Positions 35,160 through 44,895 of a stretch of 64,000 nucleotides of DNA are shown here, one piece after another (positions within the stretch are counted from its first letter, which is position 1; every line of letters begins with the position of its first letter). The stretch is from Clostridia bacterium (GTDB taxonomy: Bacteria; Bacillota; Clostridia; Oscillospirales; Butyricicoccaceae): contig JAFSBG010000165.1 in NCBI GenBank assembly GCA_017441945.1, forward strand, positions 1,214 to 65,213. Direction: 5' to 3'. A program made the position numbers and the translations under genes. Under the pieces are notes generated by a model. The model was not told the DNA's origin and searched no databases. It worked only from the letters and a program-made list of their open reading frames with translations.

Positions 35160-35345
35160 ATGACACAGGAAAGAATTGACAGAATCAACGAGCTCGCTCG
35201 TCTTGCAAAGCAGAGAGCTCTCACAGAAGAAGAAATCAAGGAACGCGATATTCTCAGAAGAGAATACATTGACTCTGTTACAGCAAGTCTCAAGGCTAAC
35301 CTTGACAGAATCGAATTTGTCGACGTAGACAAGAAGAAGCAGTAA
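35160..35345 (+). CDS. DUF896 (UPF0291, YnzC-like) small protein
   Basis: 61 aa: ERIDRINELARLAKQRALTEEEIKERDILRREYIDSV, typical of this family. Confidence 0.8.
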   Translation: MTQERIDRINELARLAKQRALTEEEIKERDILRREYIDSVTASLKANLDRIEFVDVDKKKQ

Positions 35346-35348
35346 ACT

Positions 35349-36788
35349 ATGGAAGGTAACAGCAGCCTTAAAATCGGCAAAAAAGCCTTTATAACCTCGG
35401 TCGTTATCCTTGCTGTCCTTATGGCGCTGGCAGGCGTGCTGGTGTACACAATTCCATCCGGGCAGTATGACCGAGTCATCGAAAACGGACGCGAAGTTCT
35501 CGTGCCCGACTCATTCACCCTCATCGACAAGCCTGATTACCCTGTCTGGCGCGTGCTTACTGCGCCGTTTGAGGTGCTTGTGTCCGATGATGCCGCAACT
35601 GTAATCGTTATCATCGCCTTCATAATCATCGTGGGCGGTGTGTTTGCTCTGCTCGAAAAAAGCGGCATCTTAAATCAGCTTCTCACCAATATCGTCGGAC
35701 GCTTTGCAGGCAGAAAATACAAGCTGCTCGCCATGATAACGGCGGTTTTCATGGTTTTCGGCTCATCTTTCGGGCTTTTTGAAGAGCTTGTTGTGCTTGT
35801 GCCTCTCGCTATTGCGCTGGCTTACAGCCTTAAATGGGACAGCTTTGTTGGTCTCGGCTGCACAGTGCTTGCCGCCTGCTTCGGCTTTTCGGCGACAACT
35901 CTCAACCCATTCACCCTTGCCACAGCCCAGAGCATTGCAGTTCTGCCGCTCTATTCGGGCTTGTGGTTCAGAGCCATCGTGCTTGTGCTGTCCTACCTCA
36001 TCCTCATCACATTCCTTACAAAATACGCGAAAAAGATTGAAAACGAGCCGAAAAAGTCCCTCTGTTTCGGCATTGACGGCGATTTGCGCCTGAAATATGA
36101 CAGCATTCTCAACCTCGATTTAGAGGCGACAAACGAGCGCGCGATGCTGGCTTTTTACATCACCCTCGGCATAATGGGCGGCTTTATCGTCCTTTCCATG
36201 TTTATTTCGGCGCTTTCGGGCGTGCTGCTGCCTGTTATTGCTGTAATTTTCCTCATCGGCAGTGTTGTGGCGGCTATTCTTTCACAGAAATTAAAGAATG
36301 TAGGCAAGACTCTCGTAAACGGTATGACAAGCACTCTGCCCGGCTCGATTCTCATTCTTATGGCAATGAGTGTTAAACTTATCATCGAAAACGGACAGGT
36401 GATGGACACTATTTTAAACTATGCGGCGGGGTATATTTCCCAGAGCTCGCCTTTTGTTTCGGTGCTTCTCATTTACGCGCTGGTGCTTGTACTCAACTTT
36501 TTCATCGGCTCAGGCTCGGCGAAGGCATTCCTCATTATGCCGCTTCTTGCGCCTCTCTGCGACCTTATCGGCATCACACGCCAGACGGCTGTAACAGCTT
36601 TCTGCCTCGGTGACGGGCTGACAAATGTGCTTTATCCGACCAACGCAATGCTGATGATTACGCTGGGACTTACTGTGATTTCTTATCCCAAATGGTTTAA
36701 ATTCACAATAAAATTACAGATAGTATACGCAATTTTCTCTTGCGCTGTGCTTCTTGCGGCGCAGTATATAGGATTAGGGCCGTTTTAG
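35349..36788 (+). CDS. YfcC-family transporter (DcuC/C4-dicarboxylate anaerobic carrier superfamily)
   Basis: 479 aa with about 12 TM. N-terminus KIGKKAFITSVVILAVLMALAGVLVYTIPSGQYDRV. Confidence 0.75.
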   Translation: MEGNSSLKIGKKAFITSVVILAVLMALAGVLVYTIPSGQYDRVIENGREVLVPDSFTLIDKPDYPVWRVLTAPFEVLVSDDAATVIVIIAFIIIVGGVFALLEKSGILNQLLTNIVGRFAGRKYKLLAMITAVFMVFGSSFGLFEELVVLVPLAIALAYSLKWDSFVGLGCTVLAACFGFSATTLNPFTLATAQSIAVLPLYSGLWFRAIVLVLSYLILITFLTKYAKKIENEPKKSLCFGIDGDLRLKYDSILNLDLEATNERAMLAFYITLGIMGGFIVLSMFISALSGVLLPVIAVIFLIGSVVAAILSQKLKNVGKTLVNGMTSTLPGSILILMAMSVKLIIENGQVMDTILNYAAGYISQSSPFVSVLLIYALVLVLNFFIGSGSAKAFLIMPLLAPLCDLIGITRQTAVTAFCLGDGLTNVLYPTNAMLMITLGLTVISYPKWFKFTIKLQIVYAIFSCAVLLAAQYIGLGPF

Positions 36789-37012
36789 ATGAAGTTTCAC
36801 TTCATCAGCTAAATTCGCTCCGCGAGTTAAATTGCCTTCGGCAGTTAAATTCATTACGAGCTAAATTGCACTATATGCAGATAAAGTATCTGCGATGCAT
36901 TTAATAAAAGTTCTCTCCCCCCGCCCTTTGGGCACTCCCCTCGTCAGAGGGAGGCAAGAAAAGATTGTGCCATTGGGCTTGAAAGATTCTTCGGCGTTTC
37001 CTCAGAATGACA
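36789..37012. repeat. intergenic hairpin mosaic L
   Basis: GATGAAGTTTCACTTCATC, then a TAAATT-word array with mini-hairpins (CGCTCCGCG, GCCTTCGGC, ...). Then CTGCGATGCATTTAATAA, CTCCCCTCGTCAGAGGGAGGCAAGA, and GGGCTTGAAAGATTCTTCGGCG..CAGAATGACAG. Confidence 0.85.
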
Positions 37013-37059
37013 GCATATTACGGCATTGATTTTATTGAAATAACACAAGGAGTGTTTTT

Positions 37060-37914
37060 ATGTTTATCAACAAAGGACTTGTTCTTGAAGGCGGCGGAAT
37101 GCGCGGGCTTTACACCTGCGGTGTTCTCGACAGACTTCTCGAAGAAGATTTTGAATTCCGCTCGGTTTACGGTGTTTCGGCAGGCGCCTGCCATGCCTGC
37201 AGCTATGTTTCCAAGCAGCACGGCAGAGCTTTCCGCGCCGGCACCAAATACCTGAACGAAAAGGATTACTGCAGTATCCATTCGCTCATCACAACGGGTG
37301 ACCTTTTCGGCGTGGATATGCTTTACAATAAAATCCCAAATGAGCTTGAGCCTTTCGATTTTGAAACTTTTGACAAGCGAAAGGGCAAGCTCTGGGTTGT
37401 TGTTCAGAATGTGGAAACAGGCAAGGCTGAGTACAAGGAGCTTACCGAGATGCGCAGGGACATTATCTGGGTGCGCGCTTCGGCTTCCCTGCCTTTGCTT
37501 TCCCGAATGGTGGAGGCTGACGGCAAGAAATATCTTGACGGCGGCACGGCAGACTCCATTCCTCTTGCTCAGTCCATCAAGGAGGGCAACGGGAAAAATC
37601 TTGTGATACTCACCCAGCACCGCCAGTACAGAAAGCAGCCAAGCTCAAGCTACAAGCTTGCCAGGTTAAAATACCGCAAGTATCCACACCTTGTGGAAGC
37701 TTTGCGTGACCGTCATATTATGTATAACGCTCAGCTTGATTTTGTGGCTGAAGAGGAGGAAAAGGGCAACTGCCTTGTCATCGCTCCGAAGGAGCCTATG
37801 GTGGTAAAACGCATCGAAAAGGATGTAGAAAAGCTGACAAAGCTTTATGAGCAAGGATATGCCGACTGCGATGAAATGATGGGCGAGATCAAGAAGTTTC
37901 TTATGAACGATTAA
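37060..37914 (+). CDS. patatin-like phospholipase family protein
   Basis: 284 aa with the oxyanion GGGMRG, the nucleophile elbow GVSAGA, and a DGG catalytic Asp block (YLDGGTAD). Confidence 0.9.
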   Translation: MFINKGLVLEGGGMRGLYTCGVLDRLLEEDFEFRSVYGVSAGACHACSYVSKQHGRAFRAGTKYLNEKDYCSIHSLITTGDLFGVDMLYNKIPNELEPFDFETFDKRKGKLWVVVQNVETGKAEYKELTEMRRDIIWVRASASLPLLSRMVEADGKKYLDGGTADSIPLAQSIKEGNGKNLVILTQHRQYRKQPSSSYKLARLKYRKYPHLVEALRDRHIMYNAQLDFVAEEEEKGNCLVIAPKEPMVVKRIEKDVEKLTKLYEQGYADCDEMMGEIKKFLMND

Positions 37915-37954
37915 ATTATCAACAGAGTGTGCAGGAAACGCCTGTGAATTAAGG

Positions 37955-38232
37955 AGACTATTTAATCCGTCGGAGACACCTCGATTGCTTTAAAGCAATC
38001 ACCCGCTCACAGAGCGAATATTGAATGTGACTTGTCACACACAAGGGGTCCAGGGGGCTCCGCCCCTTGGTCATCGTGATCAAACTGCGTGACCAGTTTG
38101 CAGTTTTTGCAACTTTTGGGCGGCCAAAAGTTGACGTCGTAGACGTACCGAGCTTTGCGCTCGGCGTGGGAGCTGTTGTTTTAACCAAAGCCTTGATTTA
38201 TGCGGACTGTCGAGGACGCCAGTCCCTACCTG
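37955..38232. repeat. intergenic hairpin mosaic M
   Basis: TATTTAATCCGTCGGAGAC, GATTGCTTTAAAGCAATC, GTGACTTGTCACAC, a ~100-nt element at 38075-38172 (a relative of 20264-20361), and REP 38202-38229. Confidence 0.85.
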
Positions 38233-38270
38233 ATTATGCGTATAGAAATACTCTTTTGAAAGGAGTTTTT

Positions 38271-39107
38271 ATGAATCTGGAAAAATTTTCGAAAAAATCG
38301 GGGAAAGCTATTGCCAAAAGCTACCTTAATGTAGTAAAATTTTCTAAAGCTTTCCGCATTTTTGTGCTGGCATTTCTCATGCTCATGTGCTGGTGGATTT
38401 TCACAACTTCCATAAAGGCAACAACTGTGCTTGCTGTCTGCGTCATTCTCATCGTCTGCAACCATCTTGTTGTGCAGAATCAGGTGCGTCAGTACAACAA
38501 ACTGCCATATATCCTCACCGCGCTTCTCGATGCCGAAAAATATCTTGAGCTTTGCCAGATGCTCAATGAAAAAATCAAGCGTACGAGCGGTATGTCCGCC
38601 CTCAACCTTGCCAACGCCTATTACTGGACCGGTCACTTTGACAAGGCGAAGGAGACTCTTGAAAAGGCTGTCATCAACGGCAACAAGCAGGCGACTACTG
38701 TTATGGATGTCCAGTATGACATGGTAAACTTCAATATTCTGGCTGAACTTGGGGACATTACCTCCTGCGAAATGCTGATTGCCCGTATGGAAAAGCGAAT
38801 TTACGACAATCAGAACAAGCCTAAGTTTACCGAGGTCTTGGAGCAGTTTCTGCTCAATATGAAGGCGGGGCTTGCCTTTGCAAAGGGCGATTTTGAGGAG
38901 TACATAAGTTTAGATGCCCAGCATCCCGAGGCTCCCAGCAAGCTCAAGCACATCAGCCGCCAGTATCGTCTTGCCCTGTGTTATGAAGCTCTCGGCAGCA
39001 GAAACATGGCGGAGACCTATCTTGAAAACACACTGTCGGAAAACGGCAGTCTGTATATACAAAAACTTGCAAAAGACAAATTAAATAAGTTAAAAGGAGA
39101 AAAATAA
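38271..39107 (+). CDS. membrane protein with TPR-like C-terminal repeats
   Basis: ATG 38271 follows AAAGGAG. Two TM segments, then helical repeats (NLANAYYWTGHFDKAKETLEKAV; RLALCYEALGSRNMAETYLENTL). The ORF-track extension to 38067 translates repeats. Confidence 0.55.
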   Translation: MNLEKFSKKSGKAIAKSYLNVVKFSKAFRIFVLAFLMLMCWWIFTTSIKATTVLAVCVILIVCNHLVVQNQVRQYNKLPYILTALLDAEKYLELCQMLNEKIKRTSGMSALNLANAYYWTGHFDKAKETLEKAVINGNKQATTVMDVQYDMVNFNILAELGDITSCEMLIARMEKRIYDNQNKPKFTEVLEQFLLNMKAGLAFAKGDFEEYISLDAQHPEAPSKLKHISRQYRLALCYEALGSRNMAETYLENTLSENGSLYIQKLAKDKLNKLKGEK

Positions 39108-39109
39108 TT

Positions 39110-39406
39110 ATGAATCACATCGATAATAATAAGGTTATCAAGGGCTTTATTGCCGGCGCTTTAGTGTTTTTCATTCTCATTCCTATCATTATGATCGCTA
39201 TCAGCTATCTTCCAAACTGGATGATCGAATCTGAGCTTACAGGCTCTGAATATTTCAAGGCTAACGTGCTCAACGATTTCGGCATCAAGCTTATCATTTC
39301 CACCTTCGTTTCGCCGATTTTCACAGTTCTTGTCATCTTCGTTGTATTCAAGATCATGGATATGAAGGAAGGCAAGAAGGAAGAAAAGGACGAGTGGAGA
39401 AGATAG
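39110..39406 (+). CDS. small 2-TM membrane protein
   Basis: 98 aa with a strong RBS, two hydrophobic helices and a K/E-rich tail. Starts 3 nt after the previous gene. Confidence 0.5.
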   Translation: MNHIDNNKVIKGFIAGALVFFILIPIIMIAISYLPNWMIESELTGSEYFKANVLNDFGIKLIISTFVSPIFTVLVIFVVFKIMDMKEGKKEEKDEWRR

Positions 39407-39439
39407 CCGAGCTGCATCTGCGATACAAATATTGATGCG

Positions 39440-39770
39440 ATGCCATTATATGTGGCAAGAGGGCTATTTGGTAGGGACAATTCACGAATTGTCCGATTAA
39501 ATATGCCTTTGGCACCACCTCATCCACCATTCTCCGAATGGTCCCCCTTCCCCTCAAGTGGAAGGCAAGAGGACTGTGCGTAGGGGCGAGCATTGCTCGT
39601 CCGCGTTATTTAATCCGTTGCGGAGCAACACCGTATATCTGCACAGCAGTATGTAATCACCGCAGGTGTATGTAATCGTCTTGCTTATGGTATCAACTTT
39701 GTTGTATGCAATCAATGCATGCGGCGCATTGAATAGAGAACTTCCCCTCAAGGGGAAGGCAAGAGATTTT
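39440..39770. repeat. intergenic hairpin mosaic N
   Basis: REP 39471-39495 (GTAGGGACAATTCACGAATTGTCCG), the CACCTCATCCACCATTCTCCGAATGGTCCCCCTTCCCCTCAAGTGGAAGG module, REP 39570-39592, TTATTTAATCCGTTGCGGAG, a GTATGTAATC-word array at ~39625-39735, and CTTCCCCTCAAGGGGAAGGCAAGAG. Confidence 0.85.
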
Positions 39771-39795
39771 TAATTCCCCAATACAGGAGAACTAT

Positions 39796-41055
39796 ATGAC
39801 AACACGTCTGTCACAACTTAAACCACGACAGCATATTTTCAATCTTTTCATTTTTACAATAGCGGGACTTTTGCTGACCGCTTTTATAACCGCTTCGCCG
39901 ATGGAGATAATAAACGGCATGATCGCCATTATTGAAACCCGCGATGTGCTCATAACCGACTACATGAGTGTGGGCGGTGTGGGCGCTGCCCTTTTCAATT
40001 CGGCTCTCGTTATGTCCATGTCGCTTTTCATCGTTATGCGGCTCAAGCTCAACTTTACAGGCACGACGATTGCCGCGATTTTCATAACGGCAGGCTTTGC
40101 CCTTTTCGGCAAAAATCCTCTCAACATTCTGCCGATTCTTTTCGGCTCATGGCTCTATTCAAAGGCGCAGGGCGTGGCTTTTTCCCGTTATGTTTACATT
40201 GCCCTTTTCGCAACAGGACTTTCGCCTTTAGTTACCGAAATGAGCAGACTTCTGCCATTTTCAAACTTTGTAAATCTGCTTTGCGCCGTGCTTATCGGCG
40301 TTATCGCAGGCTTTGTTATCCCTGCTCTGGCTGCTCACACAGTTTCCATGCATCAGGGTTATTCACTCTTTAACGTAGGCTTTGCGGCAGGTATTATTGC
40401 CCTGTGTATCGTTTCCTTCCTCCGCTCTCTCGGCTATACAATAAGCACAACTCTTGTCTGGCACGGAGCGCGCAGCAGGATGTGGTTTTTCACTCTGACG
40501 CTCTATTTCGTCATAGTATTCATCTACGGATATATCATCAGCGGCTGCAAAATCAAGCCGTTTATCCATCTTTTCCGCCATCCGGGCCGTGCGGTTGCCG
40601 ACTTTATCATCATGGACGGCGTTGGCCCTACATTTATGAATATGGGCGCCTGCGGTCTTCTCTGCCTTGTATACATATACCTCATCGGCGGACAGCTTTC
40701 CGGACCTGTAATCGGGGCAATACTGACGATTTTCGGCTTTGCTTCCTTTGGTATCCACTGCATTAACTTTCCGCCTGTGGTGCTCGGTGTGTATCTTTTC
40801 ACGCTTATGGGCTCATTCCGCGCTTCCGACCCTTCAATGCAGCTTGCAGCTATATTCTCCGCCTGTCTGGCTCCGATTTCCGGTCAGTACACGGCGATTG
40901 CAGGCATTGTGGCGGGCATTCTTCACGGCTCTGTTGTTGCCTACATCGGCAGTATCTACGGCGGTATGAATCTTTACAACAACGGCTTTGCGGCAGGCTT
41001 TGTTGCCATTATTATGGTGCCTGTCATCGAAAGCTTTATCAAACGATATAAATAG
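39796..41055 (+). CDS. polytopic membrane protein (DUF1576-like)
   Basis: 419 aa with about 11 TM. The block VLITDYMSVGGVGAALFNSALV matches my recollection of DUF1576 proteins. The family assignment is tentative. Confidence 0.5.
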   Translation: MTTRLSQLKPRQHIFNLFIFTIAGLLLTAFITASPMEIINGMIAIIETRDVLITDYMSVGGVGAALFNSALVMSMSLFIVMRLKLNFTGTTIAAIFITAGFALFGKNPLNILPILFGSWLYSKAQGVAFSRYVYIALFATGLSPLVTEMSRLLPFSNFVNLLCAVLIGVIAGFVIPALAAHTVSMHQGYSLFNVGFAAGIIALCIVSFLRSLGYTISTTLVWHGARSRMWFFTLTLYFVIVFIYGYIISGCKIKPFIHLFRHPGRAVADFIIMDGVGPTFMNMGACGLLCLVYIYLIGGQLSGPVIGAILTIFGFASFGIHCINFPPVVLGVYLFTLMGSFRASDPSMQLAAIFSACLAPISGQYTAIAGIVAGILHGSVVAYIGSIYGGMNLYNNGFAAGFVAIIMVPVIESFIKRYK

Positions 41056-41066
41056 GGGTATGTTTT

Positions 41067-41423
41067 ATGACACACGAAAGAAAGAAGTTATCTAAAATCA
41101 CTGAAGAGCTGATGCTTTTCTTCTACGGCATCGGCGGCAACGACATTACTTTCAATGTCAAGCTCAAGGGGGACGACGCTGTTATCACATTTGAAAGTAA
41201 TTTTGACCCGAAGCACAGACATGCTGTTGAGGATATGGACAGACTTCTCCACAGCGGCCATGACTACGGTGTTGAGGACATTTACTGGGAGCTTATGGGC
41301 TCCGGTGAGCCTGGCGAAACAAGCCAGCTTCTTCTCGTCGGTATGCTTGTCGACAAGGTCGATGTGACGGTAAACGACGACAGAGTAAAGGTCGTTATGT
41401 ATAAGAAGGATCTGCATAAATAA
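41067..41423 (+). CDS. hypothetical cytoplasmic protein
   Basis: 118-aa ORF starting 12 nt after the membrane protein gene. No motif recognised. Confidence 0.45.
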   Translation: MTHERKKLSKITEELMLFFYGIGGNDITFNVKLKGDDAVITFESNFDPKHRHAVEDMDRLLHSGHDYGVEDIYWELMGSGEPGETSQLLLVGMLVDKVDVTVNDDRVKVVMYKKDLHK

Positions 41424-41477
41424 TCGCTTCGCTCTCCCCATTGAGCAGGAAGTGCTATTATATAGAAAACAAAAATA

Positions 41478-41506
41478 AAGCCTCGTCGTGCGACGGGGCT
41501 TTTGTT
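41478..41506. terminator. bidirectional terminator
   Basis: AGCCTCGTCG-TG-CGACGGGGCT, with an A-run before and a T-run after, between convergent genes. Confidence 0.7.
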
Positions 41507-41512
41507 GTGGGA

Positions 41513-42037
41513 TTATTTAAGTTCGTTCAGCTTTTTCAGTATTTTTGAAAGTTTTTCTGTAAGCAAGGCATCATCACAGTTACGTTCAAATTTCAATTGC
41601 CGCATGGTATGCAGAGCGCCGCCTATGGCGAATGTCAACACGATATCCTCTTCATCGGTCAGTTCTTTACGGCTATAACAACATTTGAGCCGTTTTTCCA
41701 GTATAACGAACAACTTATCAAAATTATCGTGAAAGAGTGGGTAGAGCATCCCGTGGTTTGCATTGAGAGCCTTTGGCAGTTCGGTAATAAACCGTGAAGG
41801 ATTGGTGAATATTTCTCCCTTTGCCGTCAAATTGGCTATAACCATATCAACGACCTCTTTCTCAAGCTCATCAGAAAGGGCATATATATCTTCGTAATGC
41901 TTGTAAAAGGTCGTCTTATTTATCATTGCCAGCGCACAGATGTCTTTCACCTTCACCTTATCGAGTGTACTATTTCTCCTGAGACTAAAAAACGCCTCTC
42001 TTATCGCCTTTTTCGTTTTTATAATACGCAGATCCAT
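41513..42037 (-). CDS. TetR/AcrR family transcriptional regulator
   Basis: HTH KVKDICALAMINKTTFYKHYEDIYAL. ATG 42037 (MDLRIIKTKK) follows GGAGA. The ORF-track TTG at 42055 is less likely. Confidence 0.85.
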   Translation of the reverse strand: MDLRIIKTKKAIREAFFSLRRNSTLDKVKVKDICALAMINKTTFYKHYEDIYALSDELEKEVVDMVIANLTAKGEIFTNPSRFITELPKALNANHGMLYPLFHDNFDKLFVILEKRLKCCYSRKELTDEEDIVLTFAIGGALHTMRQLKFERNCDDALLTEKLSKILKKLNELK

Positions 42038-42178
42038 ATTTTCTCCATTATTCAACCAATTATAGTTTGCGTTGCTTATGCTACCTATTGAGCAGATTGC
42101 TGATTGAAAATAAACAACTATAGTTGTATAATATTATATAACAAGATCCAATCTGAGTCAATATTTCGGAGGTATGCA

Positions 42179-42607
42179 ATGAAAGCTTCTGTAAAAAAGT
42201 TTATTTTTGCCGGTTTTGCCGCTACTATCACAGTCCTCGCCATCACTATAGCGACTTATGCGGCATTTTTCCATGAATTCCTCGGTCAGTTTCTTGAGCT
42301 TTCGCCTGAAATAATTGAAATAATCTCACGCAATCCTGTAAACGTATGCACTATGCTGATGGCAAATCTTGCTCACGGCTTTCTCATGGCAACCGTCATA
42401 AAATGGGGCGGGTTTTACAAGCCGTCAGATGGAGCAAAAGCTGCTGCGATTATCGCCTTTCTCACCGAGATATATTTCTGCTTCTCCCAGTACTCCATCA
42501 TGAAAACAATGTCGCTTGTGTCGGCTATCGTCGATACGATTATGTGGACAGTGATAAATTTGGCAGTCGGCGCTGTTACAGCAAAGATTTTAGGCAGTGA
42601 AAAGTAA
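42179..42607 (+). CDS. 4-TM membrane protein, divergent from TetR gene
   Basis: ATG 42179 follows CGGAGG. 142 aa and hydrophobic throughout. Confidence 0.5.
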   Translation: MKASVKKFIFAGFAATITVLAITIATYAAFFHEFLGQFLELSPEIIEIISRNPVNVCTMLMANLAHGFLMATVIKWGGFYKPSDGAKAAAIIAFLTEIYFCFSQYSIMKTMSLVSAIVDTIMWTVINLAVGAVTAKILGSEK

Positions 42608-42618
42608 TTACATAAACA

Positions 42619-42647
42619 AAAAAGCCATCCGTGTGGATGGCTTTTGA
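42619..42647. terminator. bidirectional terminator
   Basis: AAAAGCCATCC-GTGT-GGATGGCTTTT. Confidence 0.8.
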
Positions 42648-42657
42648 TTTGCTTGAA

Positions 42658-42930
42658 TTAGTCCTTGAATACGCTGATGTCTTCTGGCATAAGAACATAG
42701 ATGTCCTTATCGTCAACTACGAAGCATGGGATGCCCATGTGTTCTCTTGCGATTTCAGACTGGAACTTATCCTGGTTAGCGTCTCTGAGAGTGATGAACT
42801 TCTTGAGGTGTGGAAGACCTGCGAGAACGTCTACATAGCCGTATCTGATGCCTTCTGCGTCGAGAACTGCCTTAGCTGCTACACAGTCCTTACAATTTTC
42901 ATTGCCGTACATAATGATTTTCTTTGCCAT
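42658..42930 (-). CDS. glutaredoxin-like protein (NrdH/YruB-like)
   Basis: 90 aa from ATG 42930. KIIMYGNENCKDCVAAKAVLDAEGIRYGYVDV carries the CxxC motif, and GIPCFVV follows later. Confidence 0.75.
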   Translation of the reverse strand: MAKKIIMYGNENCKDCVAAKAVLDAEGIRYGYVDVLAGLPHLKKFITLRDANQDKFQSEIAREHMGIPCFVVDDKDIYVLMPEDISVFKD

Positions 42931-43042
42931 AATTATACACGCTCCTTGTTTTTTCTTAATTATACAACAATGGGGATGCATTTGTCAATTATTGTCAAAG
43001 TTTTTCGATAGACTATCGCAATTTTATCACAGAAAAACAATA

Positions 43043-43068
43043 AACCCGAACACTTTCGTGCTCGGGTT
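43043..43068 (-). terminator. rpsU terminator
   Basis: AACCCGAACAC-TTTC-GTGCTCGGGTT, with an A-run upstream on the plus strand (a T-run on the minus strand). Confidence 0.65.
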
Positions 43069-43087
43069 AGTTTGTAATTCTGATGAC

Positions 43088-43270
43088 TTATCTGTACATC
43101 TTCTTCTTAGCTCTTGCAGCTTCGGACTTCTTACGACGCTTTACGCTTGGGCTTTCGTAGTGTTCACGCTTACGGAGCTCGGAAAGAACACCTGACTTTG
43201 CACAGGAACGCTTAAAGCGACGAAGTGCGCTATCAAGAGATTCGTTTTCCTTGATACGGATTTCTGACAT
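43088..43270 (-). CDS. rpsU: 30S ribosomal protein S21
   Basis: 60 aa: [48 protein letters not shown]. The ORF-track upstream extension was not used. Confidence 0.95.
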   Translation of the reverse strand: MSEIRIKENESLDSALRRFKRSCAKSGVLSELRKREHYESPSVKRRKKSEAARAKKKMYR

Positions 43271-43399
43271 TTTATTCACCCCTCTCCGTACTTGTCTCGG
43301 GCATAATTTATGCCTCATGTAAAAGATATTATATACTATTACATTGCTTTTGTCAATAGATTTTTTACAAAAAATGTGTTTTTTTTATGGGGTATTTAT

Positions 43400-43580
43400 C
43401 GATGCGGGCGGGCATGGAAACCCGCCCCTACAAGAGATAGCCAAAGGCTTCTCCTTGAGGAGAGGCTCCGCATAAGCGGTGGTGAGGTGGTGCCGCAAGG
43501 CATATTAAATAAACGCTGCAAAGCAGCTACACCTCATCCGTCAGCTTCGCTGACACCTGTCTCGCTGCGGCTCGGGTGCA
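43400..43580. repeat. intergenic hairpin mosaic O
   Basis: REP 43404-43431 (GCGGGCGGGCATGGAAACCCGCCCCTAC), the reversed CTCCTTGAGGAGAGG..GCGGTGGTGAGGTGG module, ATTAAATAAACGCTGCAAAGCAGC, and CACCTCATCCGTCAGCTTCGCTGACACC. Confidence 0.8.
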
Positions 43581-43583
43581 TGC

Positions 43584-44411
43584 TTACTTGGTATTTACTA
43601 CTGCGATGCCGACTGCGCCCGGGCCTGCGTGTGTGCCGACGACAGAGCCGATGAAATATCGGCTGCCCGTCCGTGACATCTGCGCCATAAGGATTTCCAT
43701 GCCGCTTTCATTGTTGGAATGGCCGTATGTGATAGGAAAATCGTTTTCCAGATAGTCTGTATTTTTCTCAACAAGGGCTTTCATTTTAGCGACAGCCTTC
43801 GCCATGCCCCGCTCTTTGGATACATTTTCAATGACGCCGTCTTTGACTCTGAGAATAGGCTTGATGCCGAGAAGTGAGCCGACTGCCCCCGATGCCTTGC
43901 CCAATCTGCCGCCTTTGACCAGATATTTAAGGGTATCGACAGCGGCATAAAGCTCGATTTTCGGCGCGATTTCACTGAGTTTTGCACCGATATCAGCGGC
44001 TTTTTCACCATTTTCAATCATTTTTGCCGCATATTCGACGAGAATACCTGCGCCGAGAGAAACGCTGCAGCTATCGATGATGTGGATATTATTTCGCCCT
44101 GTTTCTTCCTTTGCAATGACTGCCGACTGATATGTGCCGCTCAGCTTTGAGGAAACTGTGATGCAGATGATGTCATCGTCAGGGTGTTCATCGAATTTGT
44201 CAATAAAATCATGAGGGCTGGCGAGAGTTGTGACAGGGATATCCTCTGCTTTAGCCATTTTTTCGTAAAACTCCTCATTTGTAAGCTCAAACTTATCAAG
44301 ATAAGTCTTGCCGTCTATCGTGACCTTGAGTGGAATGAGCTCGACGCCCATTCTCTCGCAGTCTTTTATTGTGATGTCGCATGTACTGTCTGCTATAAGT
44401 CTGATTGCCAT
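43584..44411 (-). CDS. DegV family fatty-acid-binding protein
   Basis: 275 aa with IRLIADSTCDI at the N-terminus, SSKLSGTYQSA, and GPGAVGIAV at the C-terminus. Confidence 0.9.
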   Translation of the reverse strand: MAIRLIADSTCDITIKDCERMGVELIPLKVTIDGKTYLDKFELTNEEFYEKMAKAEDIPVTTLASPHDFIDKFDEHPDDDIICITVSSKLSGTYQSAVIAKEETGRNNIHIIDSCSVSLGAGILVEYAAKMIENGEKAADIGAKLSEIAPKIELYAAVDTLKYLVKGGRLGKASGAVGSLLGIKPILRVKDGVIENVSKERGMAKAVAKMKALVEKNTDYLENDFPITYGHSNNESGMEILMAQMSRTGSRYFIGSVVGTHAGPGAVGIAVVNTK

Positions 44412-44439
44412 GATTTTCTCCTGAAATGTGTGTTGTATT

Positions 44440-44895
44440 TTTGATGTGTTGGGTGAAGGTGTGGTGAGTGCGCATCAGATGAGTAACGCCTACGGCTACA
44501 CCTCATCCACCGCAAGCGGTCCCCCTTCCCCTCAAGGGGAAGGCTTATGGCTTTGCAAAATCCATAGGCTCCCTTAACAAGGGGAGGCAAGAGACTTTCT
44601 TGTAGGGAATGGCGCCCTCGACATTCCGTTTATTAAATATGATGAAGTCACACCACACCTTTTCACTATTCACTTTTATCTATTACTTTGTCTGCGGGAC
44701 GCCGAGGGCGTCGTCCCCTACAATTGAATAGACGGGCTACGCAATCCACCCTCTCCGTCACATTACACCCCAAGCAGCAAGCTGCTCGGGGACCCCACAA
44801 AATTAAATAGGTGCGGTGGCACTCGCCACCGGTCGCGCACTTGCGCTCCTCTGACACCTCCCCTTAACAAGGGGAGGCAAGAATATGATTTTGCC
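44440..44895. repeat. intergenic hairpin mosaic P
   Basis: CACCTCATCCACCGCAAGCGGTCCCCCTTCCCCTCAAGGGGAAGG, CTCCCTTAACAAGGGGAGGCAAGAG, REP 44602-44628 (GTAGGGAATGGCGCCCTCGACATTCCG), TTTTCACTATTCACTTTTATCTATTAC words, REP 44694-44721, AATTGAATAGACGGGCTACGC.., GGGGACCCCACAAAATTAAATAGG.., and CCTCCCCTTAACAAGGGGAGGCAAGA. Confidence 0.85.

Noticed and set aside
37060-37914. Patatin as an effector of a CBASS-type defence operon
   Set aside because: There is no cyclase/nucleotidyltransferase, E1/E2/JAB or sensor gene nearby. The gene stands alone between repeat mosaics.
38067-38270. Long N-terminal extensions in the ORF track (38067, 31382, 25069, 9139, 8198, 59214, 60203, 58273, 43318, 42981)
   Set aside because: The extensions overlap upstream genes or translate repeat modules. 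Internal ATGs with proper Shine-Dalgarno spacing give N-termini typical of the families, so the shorter models were used.
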